DNA from: the human T2T-CHM13v2.0 reference genome, Homo sapiens
NCBI RefSeq assembly: GCF_009914755.1
Contig: NC_060925.1
Length of the DNA: 64,000 nt
Reading direction: 5' to 3' (one strand)
In this document: one piece after another, positions 61,811-64,000 of the stretch
Layout: each line of letters begins with the position of its first letter
How positions within the stretch are numbered: the stretch's first letter is position 1
The notes under the pieces: model-generated
The model's input: only the letters and a program-made list of their open reading frames with translations
What the model was told of the DNA's origin: nothing
Database searches by the model: none
Program-made: the position numbers and the translations under genes

Positions 61811-62772
61811 GGTATTGATAAGCCAAGGTGGTGACTGAATTTGCACCCCAGGAAAAATGAAATCTATTGTGATTGAATCATGAGAACATAGACTGAAATG
61901 AGAGACAGAGCTCTTTTTTATCTTCTATGAAAAGGCCCATTGGACATTGGAATTTAAAAATACAGTGGTTCCCTAATTTTCTACTAACACTACCACCAAA
62001 TATTAAGAATCTATTGTGTCCAAAATTTTATAAAATGCTGTTCAGAGTATGGAACAAAAGAAACTTATAAAGTAGGGCAGGTATTTTGTGTATCTGCTTT
62101 TAATATAGAATACAGTGCTTTAAAAAAAGAGGAAGAATGATAAGAAGGGAAATGATAAGAATGATTGAAGGGAAATTATAATTTATTGTTATTTCCTTAA
62201 CAGTTGGCCTAGAGAAGGTAATCCATAAACATTTCTTAAGAAAATAAAAGAATGAATGAATAAGTGAGGCTTCCAAGAAGATAAGAAGTATAAAAATAAA
62301 ATAGGTTTTAAAAAGAGCTTTTACCTTGAAAGCAGCATTCAAAATCTGAAACAGTCATGAATGACAATCTTTATTTTGTTCTTTATTCTTATCAGTACAT
62401 TCCCTGAAGAAGTGCTGGGTTTTTTTTGGAATAGTTCTTCAAGAAAATGAAACACCTGTAATAATTTGGTGCTAAGATTTTGTCTGATTTAAGGCATAAC
62501 ACTTTAATTCTGGATCTTGAAATTCCTCCTAATGAAAATGTTGCACTAAAAGACTTATGTTGAGAATTCACAGTGACTGCAGCAATAATGTCAGAAATGA
62601 ACATCTTATGAGACCTATCACATGGAAGTTACTGAAGGAGTCACCTTATTGTGGTGGGTTAGACTTCAGGAGGATATGAACTTGTCCTGAGACCATTTGA
62701 TGACATTTTCAGTCTCTGGCAATAGTCTCTGGGATTTTGTATAAACTGTCAATGTCATAATATACAGATTTT

Positions 62773-62879
62773 AAAAATATGGAATGCTTCACGAATTGGC
62801 ATGTCATCCTTGTGCAGAAGCCATGATACTCTTCTCTATATGGTTCCATTTTTAGTATATGAGCTGTCAAAGCAAGCAT
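62773..62879 (-). pseudogene. U6 snRNA retropseudogene (near full length, diverged)
   Basis: Reverse complement reads atgcttgctttgacagctcatatactaaaaatggaacc...caaggatgacatgccaattcgtgaagcattccatattttt, colinear with U6. A 14-bp TSD caatgtcataatat sits at 62750-62763 and 62882-62895. No U6 promoter was evident. Confidence 0.93.
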
Positions 62880-63326
62880 GACAATGTCATAATATTAAAA
62901 TAGTATTTCACAATAGGGTTTCCCTACTCTCTTAATTTTGTGTATAAGAATATGCCATGTTCTCCACAGAAGAGGAAAATCAGGTAGAAACATAACGCAG
63001 CAAGAGATGACCGGGTGGCACTACAAGAGCACTGTTTACTGGGTGATTTCTAGTGCTTTCTTCCTTCTGATGACTAACCCTAAGCACTCCCCAATTTTCT
63101 TGAGCACAAGAATAACCATCCAAGTCCAGGAAACATTTGATTCTCTCAGATGACAGTAAAGGTTCTTAGAGAACCCAGATGTTTCCTTGCTGATCACCCC
63201 CAGTAAAATCCAGTTAGAACCAACAAGTTCAGAAAATGTCATAAGGATTCCAAACTTCTTGTGGAGCATATTCTTCATCTTTTCCTGAGTTTTTTTCCTG
63301 CTTTTCAATGTTTCTTTGTTGCATTA

Positions 63327-63525
63327 TAGTGGTTAGGAGCTCTACAAGAACCACTGAAAACAGATAGGCTCTCTTTGTTTAGTTCTGCTACTTTTTAGCT
63401 GTATGACCTTGGGCCAGCTATTTAAAATCTCTATGCCTCAGTTTCATCTTCAGCAACAAGAGATTAAATGGGGTTATGTGTTATAAAGTGCTCAGCATGA
63501 TGCTTAGCACAGAGTAGGCACTGGA
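63327..63525 (+). mobile_element. MIR SINE
   Basis: tagtggttaggagc..gctgtatgaccttgggc..tctctatgcctcagtttc..aaagtgctcagca. Confidence 0.8.
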
Positions 63526-63542
63526 CTCAAGTAGAAGTCTGA

Positions 63543-63911
<369 letters not shown>

Positions 63912-64000
63912 TGAACAAATCAATGGAGAGCCAGCATCTTCAACAAACCTTCTCAAAAAGCTTTAGGTAAAAATTAATTTTTGAGTTATAGGGAAATGAG

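Overview
This is primate (very likely human) genomic DNA. It is AT-rich, CpG-depleted and dense in Alu, L1, L2, MIR, LTR and hAT relics. The only real coding sequence I can support is exon 1 of DIPK1A (FAM69A) on the minus strand (54549-54602, MARSLCPGAWLRKPYYLQ followed by a GT donor), inside a ~1.2 kb CpG-island promoter. Positions 1-54548 are therefore intron 1, and about 55.4-64 kb is upstream sequence. Other recognisable items are an MND1 processed pseudogene inserted in an L1MC and interrupted by two Alu-family elements, a U6 snRNA retropseudogene with target-site duplications (TSDs), solo LTRs (LTR3/HML-6, THE1, MLT1, MER54), MER1B, MER20 and MER102 elements, a fragmented HAL1-like LINE and about 43 Alus. 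Almost all ORFs in the supplied track are repeat- or GC-driven artefacts. I found no prokaryote-type system, no CRISPR array and nothing I can call a new biological system. The most unusual signal is a set of short local templated copies between ~37.9 and 60.4 kb, including a two-donor composite insertion with microhomology junctions; these look like fossil template-switch repair events. Other leads are an orphan TSD-flanked 54-bp insert, a VNTR arising inside an Alu, a PBS-like motif inside a solo LTR, uORFs and G4 motifs in the DIPK1A leader, and a CpG-retaining hairpin with exon-like segments at 14.5-15.9 kb. Repeat subfamily names and boundaries were assigned by eye from remembered consensus motifs and are approximate.
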